From Paragordius varius (Eukaryota; Animalia; Nematomorpha): a stretch of DNA of 64,000 nt. Shown here in pieces: positions 39,916 to 52,700 of this stretch. The notes below the pieces were generated by a model. It was not told the origin of the DNA and searched no databases. It saw only the letters and a program-made list of their open reading frames with translations. The position numbers and the translations under genes are program-made. The stretch is from assembly GCA_964247055.1 (NCBI GenBank), contig OZ176057.1, forward strand, positions 4,588,001 to 4,652,000. Reading direction: 5' to 3'. Within the stretch, counting starts at the first letter, position 1. Each line of letters opens with the position of its first letter.

Positions 39916-41445
39916 TTTAGAAATCCTACCGAGTAGTTACAACCATTTATTACATTGTGCCTTTTTTCGCTTTTATTATCTTCTTTGGATATAAAATAAG
40001 CTTAATTCTTTTATCTACATAAATTAGTTTTTGTTATAATCATATTACTATCACGACAAAAGAGCTAAATATAGTCCCATTAAATTGATAAAATATTCTA
40101 ATTTTCTAAAAAATTCGCGGCAAAAACCTTATTATAAAAGAACCGAATAGGGAAAGTTTTGCTATAAATTCGCTAACAGTCTTTAAACAAGCTCCCAATC
40201 ACCAAAGCACACCTAATTTTTTTACAATCAATCTCTACAGTCCACCAAAAAAATTTATCAATCAGGTTTTGTATGATTCCAACTGCTAAACAATATAATT
40301 TTTTTTAATTTAAAAAAGCACATTATTTTATAAGTTTTTTTTGCGCCTTATATTTTTTGACAATAAAATTGATTTTTTAAGGGATATCTATAGGAATTTA
40401 AAGATTACCATGTGAATAAAACAAAAATGTTGGAATTAGACAATTTTTTCTATCTACATTAATTCGTTTATAATATGGTGTAAATTTGTTTTATCCCAAA
40501 CGCAACTGTAAAGCAACAATAACGTGAATAAGCCAGCTAAATGTGTATTATGTAATGCAATTAAGAGTAAAATAAAAATAGGAATAAAATTTTTTAGATA
40601 AAACAAATAAATTCTTTCTGATTATGAGTTTGGAGGAAACTTCTACAAATAAATGGACAAACAAAATTCCTAACGCCATTATTTTAAATATAATTTTTCC
40701 GGAAAGGTTACTACTGGGTAGCCTAATACGAAAAAAACTCTCCTTTTTTGGCCACATTAGGAGATCTACTTGAAAAGTCACTGATGCTGGGAAATGAAAA
40801 ACTCGTTGTTAACATTTTTAAAAGAAACCTACCCATATAACTTAATGCCAGATCCGCTATTCGCAATGAATGGAGAAGTTATATTTTTAATGTTGGAGAT
40901 TGACAGAATCGACCTTAGTTACAACCCATATACTTTTTTATGTTTTAATATAGCTCCTTATCTAATGAAAAAGTATAAGTGTGCTATTATTTAAAAAAAA
41001 TTCTCTACATTTTGTCCGCATAAATTTAACTTTTAACTGAATTCTTCTAACAATAACACGATGGATACAATAATGACCTAATAAAGCGAACATTATTTAT
41101 GGTTAAATTCTTTGGATTACATCATACGCTTTGGTTTAAACAATTTATCTTTTCGTTAAAGTGCCATTTTTTTAATTTAATACCGATATTTTAATCTATT
41201 TTTGGTTAAAAAAATTCAATTTTTTTAATTATATTATAAATTTTCATGAGATATCCATATATTGTCTTGGCAGAAAACTTTGATCAACAAAACAAAAAAT
41301 GAGGGCAGGTCGATAGTATAATTTTATCTTGCATTTATAACTTTGTTGAATAACATTAATATTATAATGTAAAAATTACTTTGTACATTTCGGTTAACTT
41401 AAAAAGGAATAAAATAGTTAATTTATTTACCATAAAAATCAATTC

Positions 41446-41476
<31 letters not shown>

Positions 41477-44400
41477 AGGCTTATGGAAAAATTTTAACAA
41501 AATTTGCATTAATTATGAAATATTTACTTTCTTCAGGAGTCAAACGCGCTATATTAATATTATGTTATATTGACAAAAGATCCCACAAAAATAACACATA
41601 GATTTAAAAAAAATTAATTTTAACTTTGTTTATATATCAAACTTTCCAAAATCAATTAAGATACCCGAAGTTCCTGGCTGCTCATTACTTTGGGCTTGAT
41701 CTAAATGCAATTAATTTGGAGTTATTAGGAATAAAACTGTATAGATAACAATATAATGAATGATTGATATAACACACCCAATTATATATTGAGGATATAT
41801 GAAATGTGGGATTATATATTTTGTAAAAATAATTGTCCTTAAAGTATGACATTTTGTCACCTAATATATTTATGTGTCTATTGTAATACCAATATTTTAT
41901 ATAAGGTCTAAACATTTATTTATATGCATAAAATTGCCATATTTTATGTTCAAATCAAACATAGAATATTGAATAAATGATTATTTATGCTTTTATCAAT
42001 ATGATGAATAATTCTAATTTTAGTATAAGGTAATATTAATTACTTTGGCCTTCGCTACGAGATGTTGATGGCTCCTGATTATCTATGTAATTATGGAAAT
42101 AAAACCAGAATAGTACATGGTAAAATCAAATATCGGATATGTAGTTATAACATATTACCCTTAATAGGAAAAATCGTCAATAAAATGAATTTACACGGTT
42201 GATATGATGCGAATTCCACATTTTATTCACCTGACATCAAACGACATACACATATAAATTGAGTTTGCCAAAAACTATGGTCGTGTTAGTTACTATCATA
42301 CAACAAACATTAACCTTAAAAGTTTTGCTTTATTATTTCAAAGGCTGTTGAGAGTCAGATAGCTGGAAGAAACGAACAGTAATTAATGATATAAAAATGT
42401 GTAACATCATTTTGAAAAATTTAACATATGATTTCATGAGTATGCAATTTGGTATATTACGATTCCGCAGCCAATAGTTGGATAATGACTCACCTCATAC
42501 TATAAGTAAATTGGGGAACTCACTATATTATTTTAAAAACTCCTGGCTATCACAAAATATATGCTAAGTGGTATTTGCAAATTAAAAGCGAAAAAATGAT
42601 AGTACCTTGCCAAGCTTTACCATTAACAGGATAAATTACTTTGTTAAAAGACCATGCTCTGTGTCTGTGGAATCGACCAATATGTATAATTTTACGCAAA
42701 AAATTTTATTATTTTTTTCGTCCCGAAAAACCGGTAAAAACTTATGTACATGTGTATCTGATACGTTTATAGATTGATTGTTTTGATTAATGTTTTGCTA
42801 TTCCTTATTTTGATTTTGCCTCGCATTTTTTTTAATTTTTAATAGCTAATATCTAAAAACAGAAAGAGAATATAATTCGTCGTTTCAATTAATCAAATGT
42901 CTAAGAGATTATTTAATTCTTTCTGTTGACATATGAATGACATAAATAAATAATTTCATTTAAGCTATTGATATGTATTTTCATATGCCCTTATAGATAA
43001 TAAAAACAATGAAGAATTTTACCATATGTTAATATTAAAAAATATCAGGAGCACTATTATAGGCTATATCTATTTTTCCTTTTCATAATATAACACAGTA
43101 TTTATTATCAATTTTTTGCACGCGATAACATTTTGGGATAATTTATACCTTGGACATGTAGTAAACGAACCACTGTTTGAATATCGTTTTAGTTAATATA
43201 TAAAATTTCGCCCATATCTAAAAAAATAATTTTTACAGCTTTTTATAATATATCCAAATTTGGATGGATGATAAAGGCAAACAGCTGATAATGACTGATT
43301 AATAAAGAACTATGACAAGTGATGAAAGTGTTCATATTTAGTGTCAAAACAATAAATAGCAAAAATATTCTAGTAAATTGTAAGGCTTAATGTTGATAAA
43401 TTGTGTCCAACACGTGTTCGGACTAAGCAAAAGTGTCAAAAAAGTTTAATAAAATCGAAAAATTGGATTTGATCAAATTTTTTTATTTATTTGGAAGATA
43501 TAAGCGAAATTGGGCTTATAAAAAAATAAAAATTACCAAAAAAGCCAGCGTAGATATTTACGTTTGGACACCCTAGTTTTAATAACCGGTATCAAACTAT
43601 ATCAAAAGTTCTTGAGGTGATAATTAAATACTTTTTCTCCAAATTTTACACAAGAAAATAATTAAAAGATAATTATTTTGTATGTTTTTGATCGCATATG
43701 CATACCATTTAAAATATAGTATATAACACTTATTGGTTCTTGAAAATTTCAAAAGTGACCTTGAACATTTCAAGTTTGTCCTTAATTTTTTAAGTTTGCG
43801 CACAATCATAATTTCCGCATGTATTCACCTATTAATTTTTCTTTAATTTTTAATAATAATAACATTTTTTTGTTCCGAACAAATCTTAATCCACTGTGTC
43901 ATCAATAACAAAAAATTGCAATACTAACTTACATATTTATTCAAAGCTTGTTAAAATAAATTAACTTTTTTGAGAAATTAAGAAAATATTCGGTTTTAAA
44001 AATGAAAATAATTTGAAAGTTTAGTAATAATTATAGGTTTAAAATGAGATGTATATATGATACATGATTAATAAAAGTTAGAATCTATAAAAATGTTAAA
44101 TGACCAAATTAAAATGTTCACAAGAACTAACATAAAGTTCCTAACCTAACTTTTTCAAACTATCTTTTTATCCGTTTAAATTAAATCTTATATACCTCTA
44201 GAAGTGGATGGTTGGTCTATACAATAAATATCTTTAATGTAATTAAAATTTATACAATTATTTTAATTGTTTTTTTCAACAATCAATAAGGGTCAAAATT
44301 TGCAAAATATATTAAAATTAAATTTAAGTCCAATAAATCTAAAATATGTGCAGTATTTTTTAGCATAATTCACGCCACAAATAAAAATATTTTTATAGAG

Positions 44401-45616
44401 ATTCCCAAAAATTTAGTTTATTTAATATCACTATTTTTCTTTAAGGCTAATAAATTCCTCAATGAATCCTTCAAAAAGCTCATATTTTTTTAAACCGTAT
44501 CTATATATTTATAAAGATGGAAAATGCTGGATTTGTGATCTGGCACAGGAAAACCGATAGACCCATTCAAATCCAAACTTCGAAATATAATTATTAATGA
44601 ATGGCCCCACAATAACTTTGTCCTTCTTTTGAAATAGGTCCCCAGTTCAGGCCCACCCCATAACGGTTTTTTTTGAAAACTCCACAAAAATTGTGTCTTT
44701 AAGACAATTTTCTGGAGAATGTGTTGGTCCATTCTATTTCAAATATATTTTTTGTTTATTTTTGATCACGCTGAACATAGTCGTCTCGCTTTTTTGATTT
44801 AGGCCCTATTTTTACCCGCTTCCCCCGTAAAATGCCATTTTTTACAATCTAAGTCTACAAAAATAATTTTTTAAATCTATTTTTCGACCAAGGTATGAGA
44901 CCGTAAAAATTATATATGGATTCCACGTATTCCCTGTTAAAAAACAAAAATTTTAGTCAGGCATTTCTTTGTTGATAGCTGCTGGGTAAGGAGCTACCCG
45001 CTAAAAACTGATTCCTCATGTAATTTTGTGATCTGTTTCCGGAAAACCGGTGAACCCAATCAAATCGAAATATCGAAAATATATAATCATCAATGAATGC
45101 CCCGACAATAGCTTCGCCCTTTTTTGGAATTAGGTCCCCAGTTCGGGCCTACCCCGTGTGAAAAATGGGTTAAGTCAATTTTTTGGAGAATGTGTTGGAC
45201 CCTTCAATTTCAAATATGATTTTTGTTTACTTATTTTAGATTGCGCCGAACATAGTCGAGTCACTTTTTTGATTTAGGCCCTGTTTTTACCCGCTCCCCC
45301 ATAAATGCCATTTTTTTCAAAAAAAACAAAGTTCACAAAAATAATTTTTTGAATCTATTTTTCGACCTAAATATGAGACCATAAAAATTCAATATGGATT
45401 CCACGTATTCCCTCTTAAAAGGCAATTTTGGTCAGGCGTTTCTTTGATGAGAGCTGCTGGGTAAGGAGCTGCCCGCTAAAAACTAATTCCTCATGTAACT
45501 TTGTGATCTGTTTCCGGAAAACCGGTAGACCCATTTAAATCCAAACTTCGAAACCCCCCTTCCTAAAATTCCGAAGGACTTCCTCGGGCTGCGTAGCAGC
45601 ACCAGATTTACGCTAG

Positions 45617-45648
<32 letters not shown>

Positions 45649-48600
45649 TTGAAAAACATTAATTAAATCGTAAAATACATATTTGATGTTACCAATTTAC
45701 ATTTCTATATTATACCTTGTAGTTTTAAATAATGACTATTTTTAGGATTTTAAAGTATGGTTGTCTTTTCAAAAAAAATTGTCTTTAATTTTTATATTTA
45801 TCCGTATAATTTCAATTTTTGTAAGCCTAGATAGTACCTTGAGATGTGGATGGTCGAGGTTCCGCTGCTATATCCAATAAAAATCAATTACATTTGTAAA
45901 ATCATAAATTAAATCAATGCAATATTTTTATCAATCGGTTCTGATTAAGAAAAATGTTATTCTTTTTTAATAATGAAATTTTATGTAATAATACTTATCT
46001 TGAGGTTTAACTGGTGTTTTTAGTTATAATATATTCTGTTACTTTATGACCTGATATATAAAATGTACTTAAATTAACCCTAATGAAAAAAATCATATAA
46101 AAAAAATGTTGCTTTTAAATAAGAAAATATAATGTTTTAGCTAAAAATTGTTGCATTTTGGTTAGGTAAATATTTGCGTTAGCTTGGAAAAGTGTCGGAG
46201 TTTATATAATAATTAAGACTTTTAAAAAATCTAAAAACATATTAGGATTCAATTAAGTGGATAACGACGAGGATTTGTAATGTTAAGAATGTGGAAATCG
46301 TAAAATAACGTGAAAAATTTTTATTAGGAAAATCCAAGTTTGCTAAAAACTATTAAAAACATCTAAAATTTAATATATTAATTTAGTATTATGCTTGTTT
46401 TCAAAAATACCTTGAAATATATCAACCATTTCTAAAAAGGGCAAATATGATAATTTATAGTACGACATGTAAATGTTTATAGCAAAAATATAATTCCTCC
46501 AAAAAAATATACCTTGAACTAAAAATAAAAAAAATAGCTGTTACCCTAAAAATATTTTTCTGCAATTTATTTTATATATATTAAGAATTAATATCAGGGG
46601 TGTCCAATGTATAGCCCTCATATATATTTTGTATACGGCCTATAAATTTAATAATTTTTAATTTGCAAACATATGTTAAGATTTTAGTAATGATATTACT
46701 TAATTACATAAATTTCATGAAAACTTCTATATGGCAACGAATGATTATACAATTGTTATATTCTGCATTTTAAAGTCTTTTTCTAATAAAATATTTATAA
46801 ATGTCCATGCCAATTTTAAATGCGTGTGACCCGCAAAATAATTTGTGTTGGACACCTCTGATTTAAAAAGTATAAAAATTACTTACATTCAGGGCTAAAT
46901 TTTTTTCCAACGGCTAAAATAATTAGGACAAAAACAATTCTTCACATCTATAAATCTCGCTTAAACCCTACTCAAATAAAAAACTCTATATATGCACATA
47001 TATACACACATATATATATAAGTAATAAAACTATCGTCAAAAGTAATCACAGATTTGAATCGATATTGATTTTTAAGGGGTAAAAATCTGTAAAACAACA
47101 TACCAGTTGGGGGAGTTATATCTATATATAAAATTTTTTAACAGAGGGTATATTTTATTATAAGCCTTTATTTTGCATTTTTAACCAATCTTATAGAAAT
47201 TTTATTTGTGATATCATTTATAGTAAGTAATCTATTTTTATATATTGTCCATATTTAAATTTTATTAAAATTATGCTTATTTTGAATTATATTTGATAAA
47301 ATATAACATTTACAATATTGATTTAACCATTAAACAGATATATATTTTTAATGTGTTCTAACATGTAACCAGATATATCTTTTTTTTATTTAAAAAACAT
47401 CAGTCTAACCCGGTTTTTCTAACCAATTACCATGAGATGTGGATGGTTTAGGTTCCAATACTGTACGATATAAAAGTGTGATATTAGAATATAACATATT
47501 TTATCAATTGTTAATTAAAAAATGTGGCGATGATTTAAAAAAGTAAGAAAGAGATTTTTGTTGGAAAACATTATTAACCTTGAGTAGCAGACACGGAATC
47601 TATAAATTATACATATGTACTTAAGTAATAATTAAACAGGTAAACGTTGTCGAAAAAATAATTACACACAAAAAAAATCGTAAGAATTATAATATAAAAT
47701 GGATGAGGGTGAAAAAAGTTAAATTTTTTAAAGAATTTTTAAGCTGATGTTTGAATGGATTGATAATAATTAAAGGTTTTGATAAAGTTTGCAATAATGA
47801 TGAAAAAATGTCATTATATATTGATATTTGTATGTGAAATATTTTTGAGTCCAATACCAGAGAATTTATATTATACAGCTAAAGTTATTCTGAAACCAAA
47901 AAAATCGTAGATATTATTTTTAGAAAACCACTTTTTACCTACTACCACACTGCCCTTTTGCCCAATTCATATGGCATCGCGGGCTTTATTTTTAACTTAA
48001 AAATTCATACAAGTCATGAGTATTCATAAATAAAGTTTAACAGAGGACTGTAAAGTACTAATACAGTATAACAATTTTTACTGATTCGTTAGGAATCGAT
48101 ATGTTCCCAAAATTAGTTTATTAAATTTCGATTTTATTTATATATTTAAGCAAATAATTGCAAACTCGGGCCGCATATTAGACATATTTCAATAGATTAT
48201 CAACTGGAAAAATATACCAGCTGGGCGAGTTATATCTATAAATGAGAAATAGTTTAAACAAAATAATCATAAAAGTTTTTGCTACAAAAGTTTGAATTTA
48301 AACAATCTTATCGTCTAATTTTCAATTTTATCTGATTTATCTATCACTTTTTCCATTTCACCATTTTATGGCGATTTGAACAATTTTAGTTTAATCTAAT
48401 TCATAGCCAAAGTTTTCAAAGATAGAAGGTTTAAGATAATAATTTTATTCAAATTTCAATTTTGTTAGAGGCAATTTCTCGCGAGCTGCTTAAATATTTT
48501 AAAGGTGGGCGCGTGTTTTCATGGCTGCCGTGGATTTAAATTCTTATTGCACTTGAAGGGATGCCAATTTAAATTAATGTTTCACAATCCTTATCTTGTA

Positions 48601-49739
48601 TAAATAACCCCATATAATACCGATCAAAATTTTATAGATGTTTGACAGATTGGTAAATAATTATACATAAAATAAGTACATGAAAAATTAATAAAAAATA
48701 ATTATTCAGGGCCTAAAACCACTTTTAGGGCCGAATATCGCTCGTGGGTCGCGGTTTGAGTACCACTGGTGTGGCTTTTTAAGCTATAAACGGAAGATTT
48801 AAATATAAAATTGTCTGTATAATGTAAAATTAACAATGATGAAATTATATGCACAAAGGCAGAAAATATATGAAACGTTTTTTTTTCATATTAACCACTG
48901 GGTGCCTCAGCAATATACAGTAAAAATTGAAATTATGCTGACAAAACGTAAAAATATAAAGACAAATATTTTTTTTAATGGCAACAATACATTTTTTTAT
49001 ACTTTTTTTAATATAAATGATTGAATAAAATTGCAAAGTATGAAATAGAGATGTATAATGGTTAAACAATCAATTATATATTTTATTGTAATTAAATAAT
49101 TAATATGGGAAAAATTAGCGTTTAAAAAAGTATGGTTGTCCTTTGAAAAAAATATTTCTCTTTATATTTTTACGTTTTGATCGCATAATTTCAATTTTTA
49201 CTGTATCACCAAAAAATAATTACGTTTAATTATTTTATTTGTAAATTAAACTCGGGGTACAAATATATAAAGATAGGGGTTTCGAAAAAATTTAAAGTCG
49301 AACTAAATTAATTGATTTTTGGGTTTTTTATGTGAAAGGCAAAAATACAGTAAAATTTAAAAGTATACGGACAAAACGTTTAAATACAAAGACAAATATG
49401 TTTTTTAAAAGAAAAACATACTCTTCCTTAAATTTTCCCTCATAAAAATTAAAATTTTGAAATACTACCAACTCTTCTCTATTTCATACTTTGCAGTTTC
49501 AAACAATGAAATCTATTTAAATAAATCCATATCTAAAAAGTATCATTAGTTTTTTTAAAAAAATATTTGCCTTCATATTTTTACGTTTTGTCCATATAAT
49601 TTCAATTTTTACTCTAATTTCAAACATATACCCTACCTCTAGATGTAGATGGCTGTGGTTCCATAACTAAATTTTTTATTATAAATATGTGATCCAAATT
49701 TATATCTTTCTAATAACACAAACTTATGATTCTCGATAA

Positions 49740-49796
<57 letters not shown>

Positions 49797-52700
49797 ATTA
49801 CTGTAATAATATTCATGCCATATAGCTACTATATTATTCCTCAATTGGGAATCGTTTAATCACATCTTTAGATTTTTGATAAAAGATTTCTTTCGACTAC
49901 TTGACCAAAATTGACAGAATTTTTTTAAAAGATTTTAATGATGATCTGGAGAAAAATATTTATTATATTTTGTTATAAATGACTTTTCCAATTATTTCAT
50001 CCCAAAAGGTTGAATAATATAAAATTATTTGTTGTTCGTAATTTGACATTTTAAGTATTTTTACAAAAGATTTTATTTGAATAATATTATAAAGTATTGG
50101 CATTTCATTCGGTTTAGATTTTTAAATTTTTACAGTCTTTATTTTGTTTTAAACGTTTCACCATAAGAAAATAAACGAATCTTAAGACATTTTTTGAAAA
50201 GTTACAACATTTTTAAAAGAGACTAATAAACCTTGGGAAGTTGATGATTGGGCATCCATTTCTGTGTAATAAATTTAAATTTTTTAAATTAAGGCTGTAA
50301 TCCCGAGATTCGGTTAATAACTAATAATCCTAATAGGAGCGAACCTTATGTTAAAATCAGCTACGGTTTCTTTTTTTAAAGGCTTTTTTTAAATTAAATA
50401 TTATAATGATAATATAATTACTGTTGAAAAATAATTTCACAGAAAAAAACAGAAGCTTTTAAAGGTTTTAATCAGAATATAATTAGAAAATTAACATTTT
50501 ATTACCTATTTGGATAGTTTTATATCCTAGAGCGTTTTATAGTTTACATATCAAAAAGCATTTATGGTATGAGATCAAATAATTTGGATTCTGGTTTCTT
50601 TAAATATTAAGTGCATGCTTGGATTTTTTAAAAAAAAATATTGTAAAAATATCCTCTTCTCAAACTTTTGCCACCATTTTTTTCTACAAAAAATCAAGGC
50701 TAATAAATGTTAAATAGGTTAAAAAATTCAAATAATTGACTTGAGAAAGCTTTCAGAGTATTTTTATCATAAAACACTTGACATTGATTGATTATAAAAT
50801 CAGATGGTTATTTAAATCATTCTAAGAAACTGCCGCAATCAGAATCAAGAAGGAAATAGTATAGGCTTTATATATAATACAGGACATCAATGTTTTAGAA
50901 CTAAAACAAACATTTTTCAAAACCCTATTTTACCAGATAAAATTATGCGATATAAAACTACTCCAAAATGTCATGGTGTAAAAAAGTAAAAATTTGAATT
51001 TATGGCATAAGAGCCAAATTTTTTTAGTTATTTAAATCTTGGAATTAGGACTATTATTAACTGGCTCTGGTTCAAAAAGAAATTAGGCTTCCTCTTTAAA
51101 AATTAAAGAGTCACTTCTTCTGGCCGAATTATTCAATAAGTTTCTAAAATATACGCGTGGTAAAAATTGAGATTTTTCTACCCTTTAATTACTGATCGAT
51201 ATTAAAATATACTTTCTGAATAGCCATACAGTAATAAAATTTTTTATATTAAATCTTTGTTAAAGTTTAATTACTTAATTGCTAGTTTTTTATTTAAAGC
51301 TATGGGCCAAACGCAGATAGCCACTGTTCCATACATTTGTATGAACTCCCTTTGCCCTCTATTTATTGGAGGTACAATATTTATTATAAATAATTTTCAG
51401 TTTATTCTTATAAAAATCCCCCAAGAAAAATTCTCAATAAGACATAATCTATATTTGTATTAATATTATATATAATGTATTGAATTTACCTAGTTTTGGA
51501 CGCTTTGGCTCTATTTAATTATATAAAAAATATGATTGATTTCAAAAATGCTCTATTTATAAATTATATATATCATCTTATAGCTGAAGGCTTTAAAAAT
51601 AAATGCGTTTGACAATCTTAAAAAAAATTATTTAATTTTTATTGCATTTAGCCCACATGAAAAAATCGCATTCTTGTCGCACATTAGATCGGACAAAATA
51701 AAGTACAAGGGAGAAAAACGCCTAAACAAAATTTTATTTGATAATATTAGCCATAAGAATATTTTTAAACGCAAGAAATCAAAAAACATTTAAAAAACTT
51801 TGGCGTCTAATTATATTCTATAAATTTGTTATTTTGAAATAAATTTATATTTGTTTAATAGAGAAATTACCCAATATATCGCGTTTAAAAATATAAAAAA
51901 GAATTGCAATTCGCACCAAAATGGGATTACAGTATAGCCAAAATATATCATGTATTTTACTTATATAATTCGATTTAAGCAAAAACATCTATTGACTAAT
52001 TATTCATGAATTTTTTATGAGAATTTGGGTGCAAACTATAAAAAATTTCTAAACTCGATATATTTATATAGGGAATAAACACTATATATATGATTGTTGA
52101 AATAAAATTAGATGTTTACCGCAAAATAACAAGTTTAACGAATGAATTTGACGCCATGCGTTTTTTAGCATTTTCCGTTAGGGAAAAAATTTTAATAACT
52201 TTGTTTCCAGATTGTCAACCGCATTTATTTTTGATATTTATTATCCTGAAGGTTTTAGCAAATTGAGCATTTCAGCCGCGCACCTTATAGTTATTATTCC
52301 AAAAGTTTCATAAATGTAATGTTTAACCCAGTGCTTCCATATCAGATTGAGACCTTTTAACGGCTTTAGCAGAGTCCTGATTTTGACCGTTTGCAGCCTT
52401 TATAACCGAATTTTGATTCTTGTCAATATTTTTCCCCTTTATACTCGTCTTTTTGGCTTTACGAGGGACTGGGACCTCTGTATTGGGTTTAGTAGGATTT
52501 GGAGATTCGGTAAGATCTTGAGTATTTATGTTTGAGTCAGACTGGGATGATATTGTCGGGCCTTCACTTGGTTCCGCATGTGTAGACGAAGATGATTTAC
52601 GTTTCATCGCGAGGGGTGAAAAGGCGGCGGGTGCAGCTAAGCTTTTGGCTCCGCGGGCAACTAGCTTGGGGTTATCGGTTAAAATTTGTTTTCCCGTATC

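Noticed and set aside
42494-42499. 6-nt island TATGAG with a consensus gtgagt donor, and a strong acceptor near 42365
   Set aside because: It gives TGA in the phase-1 chain. It could be an alternative terminal path, but I have no supporting evidence.
45988-46012. 12-nt exon-like TTAAACCTCAAG followed by ATAAGT
   Set aside because: The donor lacks GT and the acceptor tract is poor; at most a dead exon.
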